A DNA stretch of 64,000 nucleotides from positions 93,452,258 through 93,516,257 of the forward strand of contig NC_057715.1 in assembly GCF_004010195.1 (NCBI RefSeq). Direction: 5' to 3'. Below the pieces are notes generated by a model that saw only the letters and a program-made list of their open reading frames with translations, did no database searches and was not told where the DNA came from. Shown here one piece after another: positions 50,561-62,392 of this stretch. A program made the position numbers and the translations under genes. Every line of letters begins with the position of its first letter. Positions within the stretch are counted from its first letter, which is position 1. The DNA comes from Chiloscyllium plagiosum (Eukaryota).

Positions 50561-52139
50561 TAACACCATTGTGACTGTATCATCAGTCCTTCACTGCTTC
50601 TGGGTCAAAAAAACTGGAACTCCATCCTTAATAGCATCTTGGGGCTTAATCCACCAAATGGACTGTAGCAATTCAAGTAGGCAGCCCCACACCACCTTCT
50701 CAAGGACAACTAGAGATGAGCAATAGAGTCTAGATTAGAGTGGTGCTGGAAAAGCACAGCAGGTCAGGCAGCATCCGAGGAGCAGGAAAAGATGCTGTCC
50801 TAGCTAGAAATGCTCACATCCTAAGAAAGAATAAAAAATGAATCTTTAAATTGGTAGACCATTTTTTATAGTCACCAAAAACAAAGAAATCCAAGATGTT
50901 AAATGTGCTCACATTGCCTCAATACTTATGCTATGCTTCCAATGAAATGATTTGAATTTAAGACGTGTCATAGGAGCATAAAATAAATATAATATTGAAG
51001 CACACTATGAGCTATTAGGTCAGATACAGAGAAGACTGGCAAAAGAGATAAGGAGTGTCTCAAAGGGGAAGAGGTGCAGGGAACTGATACAACTGTGTTT
51101 TTTAGAACTTTTGTATGAATTATTACAAACTATTACAAACATTAATTGCATTATCATAATTTACTTATATTGGATCATCGTAACAAAATAAATAGTAACT
51201 ATATTAAATGTATTAACATAACATCACTTGTGAAAAGACAGAACAAAGCAGCTACAGTGTAGGCTAGAAATACTCACAGGTACATGTTTTGCAATACATT
51301 TTTATTGCCTGCTACTGTATTGCATGCCTCTGCTAAAATAGCACTCAAAGAAATGTCACCTCTTAAGAGCTGCATGTGTGTAGATTTTAGGGGATTTCAG
51401 GACCTGCTTTGTTGTGATGTTAACTAATCCACAAACAATCACCGTGTTAGCTCACGTAGATTAGCACTGAGACACAGAATTCCTAGAACTGCAGTAAGAA
51501 TTAGAGCCATTGGGACAAAAAGAAAGTCAACAAAAAGAATTATAACTATATATTTCTCTCAGACGTGATCAATCCTTCTCTTTGTCCCTTGAAAATTTAA
51601 GGTTCAGAAAGTTCCCTTGACTGCAATTTGTGAATTACAAAGAGAAAGTAAATTATAGTTGCATGATTCAATATGTGAATTGCCTGTTGTTAAAGCATAT
51701 GTACATTAATATGTGTTTGTGTACAGCAAAACACAAATTCTAAAGTTACCATCAGAGACACCCGACATTTCTACAAGGTGTGTTTTTGTAGCCTTCATCG
51801 ATGGAATCATTTCAACATTAACTTGTCATACATTTAAGCTAGTAATACACTATTGAAGCTGTAAATAGCACCGAAAAAGTTAAGCCATATTAAATCAGGA
51901 ATAAATTAGTTTATAATTGTGCACTAATTAGTAATTATTTATGAACAAATTCTCTTGTCTTGAAAAACTAATTTAGAAGTTTGGAATCCCATTTCCTGTA
52001 AACAGTATTTAAAACTGTTGACTTTTGTTTGAAAACTTTAAAATTTGTGGTCTGATATTTGAGTTTCTACCTTAATTTTAATATTATTCCACAATTTATA
52101 TTTTGCTTGCTGAATCACATTTCAGTGATTGTGGAGAGT

Positions 52140-53900
52140 CCCTTCTGTTTACGAGCAACCTTAGGGTAAATGTTGGTCATTTGGCCCTTCAAGATCAAGG
52201 CTGATCTACTTGTCTTCCAAATTCCACATTCCCAGCTACTCCCAATGACCTTTGATTCCTTTGCCACAAGAATCCTTTTACCTCTTCCTTAAAAATATTC
52301 AACGATTCTGCCTCCACTGCCTTTGCAGGAGAGAATTCCAAAGTCACACAACTCCCTGAGACAAAACAAAATTCTCATGACTTGTCCTACCTGCCTATCT
52401 TCCTTTCCACCTCTCTGCGCTACTTTCTCCCCACCCCCACCCTCCTCACATTTATCTCTCCACCCTCCAGGCACTTTGCCTGTATTTCTGATGAAGGGCT
52501 TTTGCCCAAACATCGATTTTCCTGCTCCTCGGATGCTGCCTGAACTGCTGTGCTTTTTCAGCACCACTCTAATCCAAAACAAAATTCCTGTCATCTCTGT
52601 TTTTAAAAAATGACTCTAAGATTAAAACTGTGTCCCTTTGTTTTGGACTCAACCACAAGAGAAAATATCTTTTTCACAAGCCCATTAAGGAGTTTATAAG
52701 CTTCAATCAAATCACCTCTCACACTCTTCTAAACTCTAGTAACAACAAGCCCAGTCTGTCCAATCTTTCCTCATAAGACACTCACTCATTCCAGATATCA
52801 ATCTCGTAAAGTTCCTCTGAAATGCCTCTGATGCATTTACATCTTTCCTTAAAGAAGGAGATCAAAGCTGCACACAGTTTGAGAAAAGTGGTCTCACCAA
52901 TGCCCTGGATAACTGAAGTGTAACATCTTGATCCCTTGCTATATCTATATACTAACTTCTTGACACATGCACTAGGACACCTAGTTCCATCTGCACCTTG
53001 AAATTCTTCAGTTAGTCTCCATTATAATATCTTCTGCTGGTAGAATTCTTCCTGGTAAGGTGAACTTTATTTTCCAACATTACACTCAATCTGACCAATT
53101 TTTGCCATTTCACTTAATCTATCTATATTGGTCTGCACCCTTGTTATACTCTTCTACCTGTCTTTGAGTCATCTGCAAATTTAGCCACCATGCCTTTGTA
53201 CCCCTCATCGAAATCATTGAGAAAAATTGTTAAATGTTGAGGGCCTAGCTCTACCTACTCATCACATACTGCGAGTCTGAAAAAGATTCATTTATGATAC
53301 TCTCTGTTTTCTGCCAGCAGCCAATCTTCTATCCCTGCTGGTATATTATTAACAGCAGTCCCACTTTGCACAATAACCTTTTATGTGGCACCTTGTCAAA
53401 TATCTTCTGGAAATCCAAGTACAGTATATCGATGTATTTCCCTTTATCTATAATATACACTACTTCTTCAAAGACATACAGTTAATTGTGTAAACAAAAT
53501 TTCCCTTTTACAGAACCATGCTGAGTCTTCCCAGTTACCTGGGGGTTTTCCCCAAGTGCCCAGTTATAACCCCCCCTTAACCATTAATTCTAAAACCTTC
53601 CCCACAACAGACATTAGGCTAACTGGCTTATAGTTTCCTGTTTTCTGCCTCCTTCCTTTCTTGAGCAGAGAAGCTATATTCACTACTTGTTGTCTCATGA
53701 AATTTTTCCAGAATCAAACGGACTTTGGAAATTTAATACCACCACATCTATTATCTCATTAGCCACCTCTTTAGGACCCAAAGACAAAGTCCATTGGACC
53801 CGGAGATTTATTAAACCACAGCTCCATCAGTTTGCTCAACATTACTTCGCTTATGATTATAATCACACCAAAATATTCTCTTTCATCACCCTTTGAATTA
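52140..53900 (-). mobile_element. Old CR1 LINE fragment with a nested Penelope tail (52375-52574)
   Basis: Minus-strand YLDFQKIFDKVPH and AKFADDSK; nested piece flanked by CAAAACAAAATTC (52362-52374, 52575-52587). Confidence 0.8.
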
Positions 53901-55149
53901 TGGGTATTACAGGGATGATTTTTGTTTCCCCTATTGTTAGGGCGGAAGAAAAATAGCTACTCATTACATCTGTCATTTCTTTATTATCTACCATCAGCTC
54001 TCCCATCATTCTCACTCTCTAGAGGGCCAACACTCACTTTGGTAACTCCTTTTTCAGAGATCTATAGTAACTCATGCTATCAGCTTTTACATTTCTAGTT
54101 AGCTTCCTCTCAAGTTCCAATTTACTTGTTTTGATTAACAATTCTTTACATTCCTTTATATTATAACCAGTCGTTTGATCTGCCACTCAACTTTGTGTAA
54201 TTATGTGCATTCTTCCTTAAGTTTGACAGTTTCCGTAATTGCTTTAGTTAATCACAGATGATAGGATCCCCCGCCTCTGAGGCATGTGTTTGTCATGGGC
54301 ATTCTGAAACATCTCTTAAAGTGTCTCTATCTCCTCTTTTAATACCTGAGCTCACTTCAACTAACTCAGCTTTCTAATCCACACTGCTGCCCTTATTTAA
54401 ATCTAAAATACTAATCTTAGCCTCACTTTTCTTCCTTGTAAATTGAATGTAAGATGTTATTATATTATGACCGCTACCTAGAAGTGTCTTTACTCTGAGT
54501 TCAATAATTAATTAATCCTTTCACATTACACAATTATAAGTCTAGAATAGCTCTATGGTCAGTTCCAGAATGTACTGATCTAAGAAACTATCTCAAAAGC
54601 ATTCTATGAGCTCCTCACTGAGGTTCCTATTGATAATCTGACTTTCCCAGTTTATACAGACTAAAATTATTCATGATTATTACTTCCCTTTTATCATAAG
54701 CACCCAATATTTCTTCTTGCATACTCTTCCTATGTTGTGGTTACTATTTGGGGGCCTGTAAACCAATCAAGATCAACGTAACAAATTTTGGCTATTTTTG
54801 AGAAAACAAAGTATTTCAGGACAGTATTTCAAATATTAATTTTGAGTTAATTACATCAACATGGTAATTTTCAGTTAAGATACATACATCCACCTTAACG
54901 TTTTACACTTGTTTTTGACTCGTCAAGGGCTAATTATCAAACCAATGTAGGACAATGTTACATGGTGCTTTTACAAAATGTTCAATGGCATTGATAAATT
55001 AAATGTAATATTATTCATTGCATTATCTACCAAGTTTGCACAGATTATTTAATATCACTATGCAATATGTTCCCCTATTCTAGCAACTCCAAAGTTGTTA
55101 ACCAAATGAACAGAAAGGGAAATACAGAATAATGTTAAATAATACGAAC

Positions 55150-56106
55150 CTGTGTATTTCTGAAGGGTAACACAATTTACAGCTTTGGTGGAAGTGTGGC
55201 TGTGATTCAGAATGCTAACGTACTCGAAGCAATAGTTATTTTTCCCAGCGTCAAACACAGAGCAGTCAAATTCGGTTTTGTTATCCCTAGGACGCAGCCA
55301 CTTCTCAGCTACAAAACTATCTCTTCCAAACGAAGCCCCTCTCCGATTTTTATACACAGAAATCTTGCCTGGTAAGTGGGTGCAAGGTGGTGTCACTATA
55401 CCAACCTCTGCAGACGATTCACATGTAGCTGTTCTCAAATGATCGACAAGTAGTTTATACCCAACAATTTGGGTAAATACTAGTGGGCCTTTTGATGAGA
55501 TCACTGAATTGGTACTGGGAGATCGCAGGGAAATCATTATGAGTGCATCTTGGCTGAAATCAGTACAATCAAATATCACCCACTGAGAATTAGACAGTAC
55601 AATTTCTTTATTTATCGTTTTCTTTAACACTTTGTCGACATTATAAACTCCAGGTTCATTTAAATCAATCCTCGTAACTTCTAGGATTAGTGTCAATATA
55701 TTCACTTTCCGTGGGCATAAATATTCGTGAGTAAATACTTGTATCTGGAAGTTGCTCTGCGAGTCTGTTTTTCTTGCCAGCTCAGTGTAAAAGTCTGGCC
55801 ATTTGACATGAAATGACTCAGTTGCCCACTGGGTTGTGCTGTTGCTTGTAAAATCCGTGACTCTGAACTCAAAGTTGCCAGCATAATTGAAATGAAAACA
55901 TTCAAATTCCACAGAACTCTGGGACCGGTTTCCAGCGATCACTTTTGTGGCGACAGTTCGGTTTCTGTTAACATCGATGAGAGACACAGTTAAGTTTTGT
56001 ACGCTTGTGTTACCCAATTCTTTGAGGTCAACTTGAACAGTCTGGTTACTTAGAGCCACATGCCAAGGTTGCTTTGAAAGTCGATATTTAAATTCGGCAA
56101 AAACAG
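55150..56106 (-). CDS. THSD1: THSD1 large ectodomain exon
   Basis: VFAEFKYRLSKQPWHVALSNQTVQVD...VEFECFHFNYAGNF...VKWP...SVISSKGP...GYKL...TCES...PPC...FDCSVFDAGKNNYCFEY; 957 nt, phase 1-1. Confidence 0.96.
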
Positions 56107-56589
56107 CTGCAATAAAAGAGAGGAAATTATATTCAGGTTTATTGAGGTTTATTTATATTGAGGTTCTCAAATTATATGTGAGAATATGGGTCAATTATAC
56201 AATAAGCTTGCAACTGAGGTGAGTGAACTTAATGAGTGGCTAGTGAGACAGGGGTCAAAAAGGGAGAGAGAAGGCATTGATTGAAAATGGAGCTAACAGG
56301 AATGGGTGAGGTTGTGGGTGAAGGTAATTACATACATGCGAAGTTCAGTGAGGATAGAAAGTCAGTCAAATGGAGGGTAGGGACGGGGTGACAAAATGGA
56401 GGTGAAGATTTAATGCATTAAGGGTAAGGGAGTTTGTATCCCAGCTGAATGAACAATGACTCAACAGGTGAGGCTGTGAAAGGACAGAAGAGAAAGTTGG
56501 GCAAAGAAAGAAACAGGGGATCGTTGGCTTATACTTGACTGAAATTTAGTAATTGAGGTCCTGATTTCCAAAACTGTAACAAAAACGTA

Positions 56590-57640
56590 AGATATCTGAT
56601 ATACCTTTTGATCCCTTTAGCCCTAAAACTATATCTAACTTCTCGAAAACATTCAATGTTTTGGCATGAATTGTTTTCTGGGCAAAAAAGTCCATAAGCT
56701 CACCACTATCTGGGTGAAGAGATTTCTCTTGATCTCAGTCCTAAATAGCTACCCTGTATTCTTAAACTTTGACCTCTGGTTCTGGACTCCCTGGTCACAG
56801 GCAACAGCCTTGCTACATTTACCTTGACTAGTCCCATTAGAACTTAATGAGTTTTGATGAGATTCCCCCCTCATTCTTCTAAACTCCAGTGAATATAGTT
56901 GAAACCGATCCAGACTCTTCATACATCCGTCCTGCCATTTCAGGAATTAGTCTGGTAAACTTTTGCTTCTCTTCCTCCATAACCAAAACATCCTTCCTCA
57001 GATAAGGAGACCAGAACAATATTCTAGGTGTGATTGCATCAAGGCCCTGTACAATTGCAGCAAGACACCCCTGTTCCTAACTCATACTCTCTCTTAATAA
57101 AACCCAACATACCATTTGCCTTCTTCATTGCCTACTGCACCTGTATGCTTACTTTCATTGGCTGTGTACAAGGACACCCAGGTGTCATTGCAACTCACCC
57201 TTTTCCAATCTGTTGCTATTTCTGATAATAATCTGCCTTCCTGTTTATTTTTATACCAAAGTGGGTGACCTCACATTTACCCACTTCACCTGCAACACAT
57301 TTGTCCACTCACTCAGCTTGTCTAAATCACACAGAAGCATCTCTGCACCTTCCTCACTATTCATCCTCCCACCCACCTATATGTTGTCTGCCAAATTGGA
57401 ATATTACATTTAGTTTCCACATCTAAGTTGTTAGCGTATATTGTGAATAGCTGGCATCCTGAAAATAAATTGTGAATAGCAAGGACTGATGCTTGCAATA
57501 TCCAGCTAGTCACTTGGTAAAAGTCCCATTTATTCCTACTCTTTTGTTCCTATCTGCCAATTATAGTACACTATCCCCAATCCCGTGTTCTTTAATTTTA
57601 TGTGCTACTCTCCAATGTGGGACCTTATGAAAAACCTTTT
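56590..57640 (-). mobile_element. Old CR1 LINE 3' fragment
   Basis: Reverse-orientation match to the CR1 3' region at ~39800-40620. Confidence 0.75.
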
Positions 57641-59421
57641 GAAATCAGCAATTGATCATTGCTCTATTTTAAAAACCCATGCAATCATTTTTCTATTTAG
57701 CTGTTTGTAGGTTTTCCTCATTTAATGTCCAAGAGTTCTAAAAATGTCCATCTCCTATTAAAATCCCTTTTCAGTTTTCTGTTCAACCGGCCATGAACAA
57801 TATTTTTAAATATTTAAAAATTGATGTATTTTATTTATAAATACTTAAAACAATAAGATGATACAACACTTCAGCTGTTTCTGATGACCTTATATTGGGG
57901 GTGTTGTAATTCTGGTATTACTTTTATTCTGAATTTGAAGACATTTGTCAGTCCATGAGATTAGCCTAAAATAAGACAAGAAAGAAACTGCAGATGCCGG
58001 AAATCAGAAACAGAAGCAGAAATTGCTAGCAAAATGCAGCGGATCTGGCAGCATCTGTGGAGAGAAAACAGAGTTTACATTTCAAATCCAGTGACCCTTC
58101 TTCGGTTCAGAATACTCCCAGACCTGCTGAGTTTTGCCAGCAATTTCTGTTCTGCATGAGATTAACCTGTTGTCTAACATCTTAATTGCACTTAAACAAA
58201 CAGCGAAGAGCACATTGTTGAGAAGGAAGAGATGATGAAAACGTATCAGAATTTCATTATTCACACTGCATTTTATATTATAGGTTGTCCATAATAAGGT
58301 ATTTGCTGGAGTCACAGAACATTGTGTCCTTGTTATTACTCATTCAAAAGATACAGCATAAAAGAAAACAAACCTTGCACTCATGACAGCGCTACTCATG
58401 ACATTAAAATGGCCCTGGCTTTATCACTAATGAAGTACTAATGAGGTGCAGCCACTGTTACATGTAGGACTTGCAGAAGCCAATTTTTTGCACAAAAGTC
58501 CTTCAAACTCCAATGTAAAAATTACTTGAGTTTTTTTTGTGCGTGTAATGTTGATTGAGAAATACAGATAAAAAGAACATAACATCCCTCTCTTCCTGAA
58601 AGAGTGTCAATGGATCTTTCATGTCAGCTACAAAGGACAAGGCGGGACCTCGACCTAACAACTCAGTGACAAGCTCACACTGTGGACAGTTCAGAAATCC
58701 CTCACACCAAAACACTTTGATAGTCTCTTGTGATCAAACTCACCATCTTCTCACTCCCAGAGGCAGGGAGGGGCTACCAACTGAAGATTGTTCGGCAATT
58801 GGGATTCTGACTTCTCCAACATCTGCAGTCCTATCTCCTATTCTACAGTAGGATCTTATGACCTTAAGCACAGGCATTTTGCACTTGTTGCCCTAAACTG
58901 GACAAATGGACTGCAGCGGTTTAAGAGGGAACCTCACTAGCACTTCTCACGGGATGGACGATAAGTGCTGGCTCAGTCAGTGACACCCACTTCATATGAA
59001 GGAATGTAACAAACTCACAGCTCATACCAAACTACCTGTTACAGTGCAGTGCAATGGGAATTTCAAATTGCTGCTTTCAAAAGGTAACCTTGCTTTAATT
59101 TGCTTTCAATTCCTTTCTATGTTGTTGGCTGTGCTGAGTGTGTCCACTCCAAAAGCCCATTCCCTTAGAGCAAAGAGAAGACCTTTATGAACAGAGATAA
59201 AGAGAAACTTCTTCAGCCAGAGAGTGTGATTCTGGAAAATTCATTGCCACAGACTGAGACTTGAGAATCAAGGGATCATAGATTATAGGGAGAAGGCAGG
59301 AGCGTGGGGTTGAGAAACAGCCATGATTGACTGGCAGAGCAGACTCAATGGGCTGTATGGTCTAATTTCTACTCCTATGCCTACTGGTGTCCCTGAACTG
59401 TTGCATTGCTGTTCCACTCAC

Positions 59422-59479
59422 CATACCCCGAGAAGGCCAGCAGCAGCACGTGGGTGAAACCCGAGAGAACCCGACTCAT
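59422..59479 (-). CDS. THSD1: THSD1 first coding exon (signal peptide MSRVLSGFTHVLLLAFSGY); exon starts at 59585
   Basis: 58 coding nt, donor G|GTGAGT, phase 1 joins 56106; acceptor CCTTGTAG at 59586-59588; joined CDS 2703 nt = 900 aa. Confidence 0.88.
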
Positions 59480-59899
59480 GCCGATCACTGGGGAGGAAAC
59501 TCAGCCTCTGCTCGCTCCTCATGTCCCTTCTCATACTCAGAGCTGCATGGTCCTTACAGTGGTCTCCTCCGACGCGAACAACACCCTACAAGGAAATCAC
59601 AACCGAGCAAAAACCCTTCACCTTATCAAATCCAGTTTAACTTAGCAAAATAACGTCTATAAATCAGCAAAACTAAATCAAGCTGAATAGAACTCAGCAA
59701 TTAAACTATTGTCAAGCACTCACAAAACATTCAAGAATAAAAAATCAAATCAGCATTCTCGTTAAACATGGTGCCGATCAAATAAACTAGAAAAATTACC
59801 ACAGGCGTTATTTACAGTATTATCCACAATTCATGCTGCCACTTGGACAGTACTTGGTAAACCCCCTGTCTCTGCCTGACAATCGGAGTCTTAGTGTCA

Positions 59900-60452
59900 C
59901 ACCGTCTCTGACAGTCTGAGTGTGCGTGCATGTGTACGAGTGTCTGATAGTCTGGGTGTGTGTGTGTGTGTGTCTGACAGTTTGGGTGTGTGTGAAAGAG
60001 TGGGAGACTGTCTAAGTCTGTGTGTGTGTCGTGGATGTGTGTTTGCGTGTCTGACAGTCTGGATCTGTGTGTGTGTACATGTGTGCGTGTGTCTGACAGT
60101 CTGGGTGTGTGTATGTGTGTGTCTGATAGTCTGGGTGTGTGGGTGTGCGTGTGTCTGACAGTCCGGGTCTCACTCTAGTTTCTTTCTCTCTCACTCCGTC
60201 TCGGTGCCTGACAGTCTGGTTTTCTCTCTTTTTATATCTCTAACAGTCCCCTCTGTGTGTGTGTCTAACAGTCTGCGTCTCTGTCTCTGACTGACTGTGA
60301 CTGGGTTTCCTTCTCTCTGTCTCTGATGATCTCTCTCTCTTTGTGACATTCTCTGTCTCTCTGTCGCTCTCTCTGTCTGTGACCGTCTGTGTGTCTCTCT
60401 GTGACAGTCCGCGTGTGTATGTGTGTTTGTGTGTCTCTGTGACAGTCTGGGA
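59900..60452. repeat. Compound (TG)n/(TC)n microsatellite punctuated by GTCTGACAGTCTG
   Basis: More than ten variants of TCTGACAGTCTG separated by TG or TC dinucleotide runs. Confidence 0.9.
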
Positions 60453-60720
60453 CTCACTCGCACTTTCTCACCCTGTTGTATAATCCGCTTCTATTCCGGT
60501 CTCGCTGCTCCTGTTCCCGTTGTTCTGTTGTAGCGGAGCAGTTTCCCAGAGTTTCAGTTCTTTAAGAGAGGGACAGTTTTTTTTTGTTTAAAGCGGGACT
60601 GTAAAGGTGGGTGGTGCCTTTGGTGAGCTCTTCCGTTCCGCAGTTGAACGGCACCAGGGAGTGTAGGCAGTGTCCAAATGGGGAACATTCTGACTGTGGG
60701 TAAGGAAACGGTACCTCCAG
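60452..60720 (-). promoter_or_regulatory. Candidate THSD1 non-coding exon 1 and promoter
   Basis: Local CpG enrichment; minus-strand donors GG|GTGAGA (60472/60471) and GA|GTGAGT (60458/60457); ETS-like CCGGAA and CGGAAG. Confidence 0.5.
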
Positions 60721-60789
60721 CCTTCAAACTGTTCTTCAGTTACAAATATTAAACTCATATCGATAATAATCAATAATATTATTAAGCAG

Positions 60790-62030
60790 ACTCACAAAAT
60801 CATTACGGCACAGGAGGCCATTCGGTCCGTCCTGTACACCGGCTGTCCATTGAACATCATGACTTAATGCCATTCCCTCCCTTTTCCCAATCTCTTTAAA
60901 CGTTGTTTCTATTTATATAATCATCTAATGTCCTCTTCCATGTTTCCATTGATCCTGCCTCCATCGCACTTCCAAGCGGTGCATTCCAGACCCTACCCAC
61001 TGGTTTATGAGGATTTTTCTCACATCACATTCGTTATTTGAACATCACTTTATATCTGTGCCTTTGACTCTTGATCTTTTCACGTAAGAGAATAGTTTTT
61101 CTCTTTCTATTCAAACTAGGCACCTCATGGTTTTGAAAACCTCTGTCAGGGCTCATCCTGTCCTTCTCTCCAAGGAGAGCAGTTCCAGCTTCTCCAATCT
61201 ATCCTCATCACTGAAACCATGCACCTAAATCTCTTCTGTAATCTCTCCAATATTGAGTCATAGAGATGTACAGCATGGAAACAGACCCTTCAGTCCAACA
61301 TGTCCATGCCAACCAGATATCCTAACCTAACCTAATCCCATTTGCCAGCACCCGGCCTATATCCCTCTAAACCCTCCCTATATATACACCCATCCAGATG
61401 CCTTTTAAATGTTGTAATTGTACCATATATTCACATCCTTCCTAATGTGTGGCATACAGAACTGTACACAATACTCTATACAGCCATAGAGTTATACAGC
61501 ATGGAAACAAACCCTTTGGTCCAACTCGTCCATGCCAATCAGATATCCTAAACCAATCTAGCACCATTTGCCAGCACTTGGCTCATATCCCTCTAAACCT
61601 TTCCCATTCATATTACCATCCAGGTGCCTTTTAAAATGTACTAGCCTTCATTGCTTCCTATGGCTGCTCATTCCATACACGCACCATCCTCTGTGTGAAA
61701 ACTTTGCCCCTCAGGTCCCTTTTAAATCTTTCCTGTTCACCTTAAACCTCTTTTATCTTAGCCTGCTGGACAAACTTTCCTCATTCCTGAAGAAGGGCTA
61801 ATGCCCGAAACGTCGATTCTCCTGTTCCCTAGATGCTGCCTGACCTGCTGTGCTTTTCCAGCAACACATTTCCACCTTAAACCTTTGCCCTATTAAATGT
61901 CTTGTTCAGCATCACCTGCTTGCTCTTGTATTCTGTGTCCTATCTATGAAGCCCAGAATACCATGTGCTCTATGAATTGCTCTCTCCATCTACCCTGCCA
62001 CTGTCAGTGACCTGTGAACACTACGCCCAG
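60790..62030 (-). mobile_element. Old CR1 fragment with two nested HER1 3' ends (~61255-61430, ~61485-61890)
   Basis: Two copies of the CATAGAG.TGTACAGCATGGAAACA tail inside decayed CR1 sequence. Confidence 0.7.
61750..61872 (+). mobile_element. Short Penelope-like insertion carrying an intact hammerhead core (61783-61818)
   Basis: ATTC-CTGAAGA-A-GGGC TAAT GCCC-GAAAC-GTC-GATT; TSD CACCTTAAACCT (61738-61749, 61873-61884). Confidence 0.82.
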
Positions 62031-62202
62031 CAAATGAAGGAAGAACAAGATGTAGACAGAGCTAATGGGTTTGAGCTGAGTTATCAACAAATTCTGATTA
62101 GATGAGGAATTCCTGAATATTGGGGTTGAATGGTGGGGTGAAGAAAATGGATTATATGTGGCCAAAGTAGAAGGAATGCACAGATTGTTGTCCAGTTGAT
62201 GG

Positions 62203-62392
62203 ATGGGTTTCCTCCGGGTGCTCCGGTTTCCTCCCACAGTCCAAAGATGTGCAGGTCAGGTGAATTGGCCATGCTAAATTGTCTGTAGTGTTAGGTAGGG
62301 GTATGGGTGGTTTGCACTTCGGCTGGTCGGTGTGGACTTGTTGGGCCGAAGGGCCTGTTTCCACACTGTAAAGTAATCTAATCTAATCTAAT
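62203..62392 (+). mobile_element. HE1 SINE, 5'-truncated
   Basis: V-domain core and (AATCT)n tail. Confidence 0.88.

Noticed and set aside
55058-55149. Hydrophobic C-terminus of the 333-aa ORF as a membrane anchor of a short THSD1 isoform
   Set aside because: It is read-through past the G|GTTCGT donor into intron; no evidence of retention from sequence alone
59724-59769. THSD1 signal-peptide exon
   Set aside because: In-frame TGA and weak hydrophobicity; 59422-59479 fits far better
59922-60463. Cys/Val- and Thr/His-rich ORFs
   Set aside because: Translations of dinucleotide repeats
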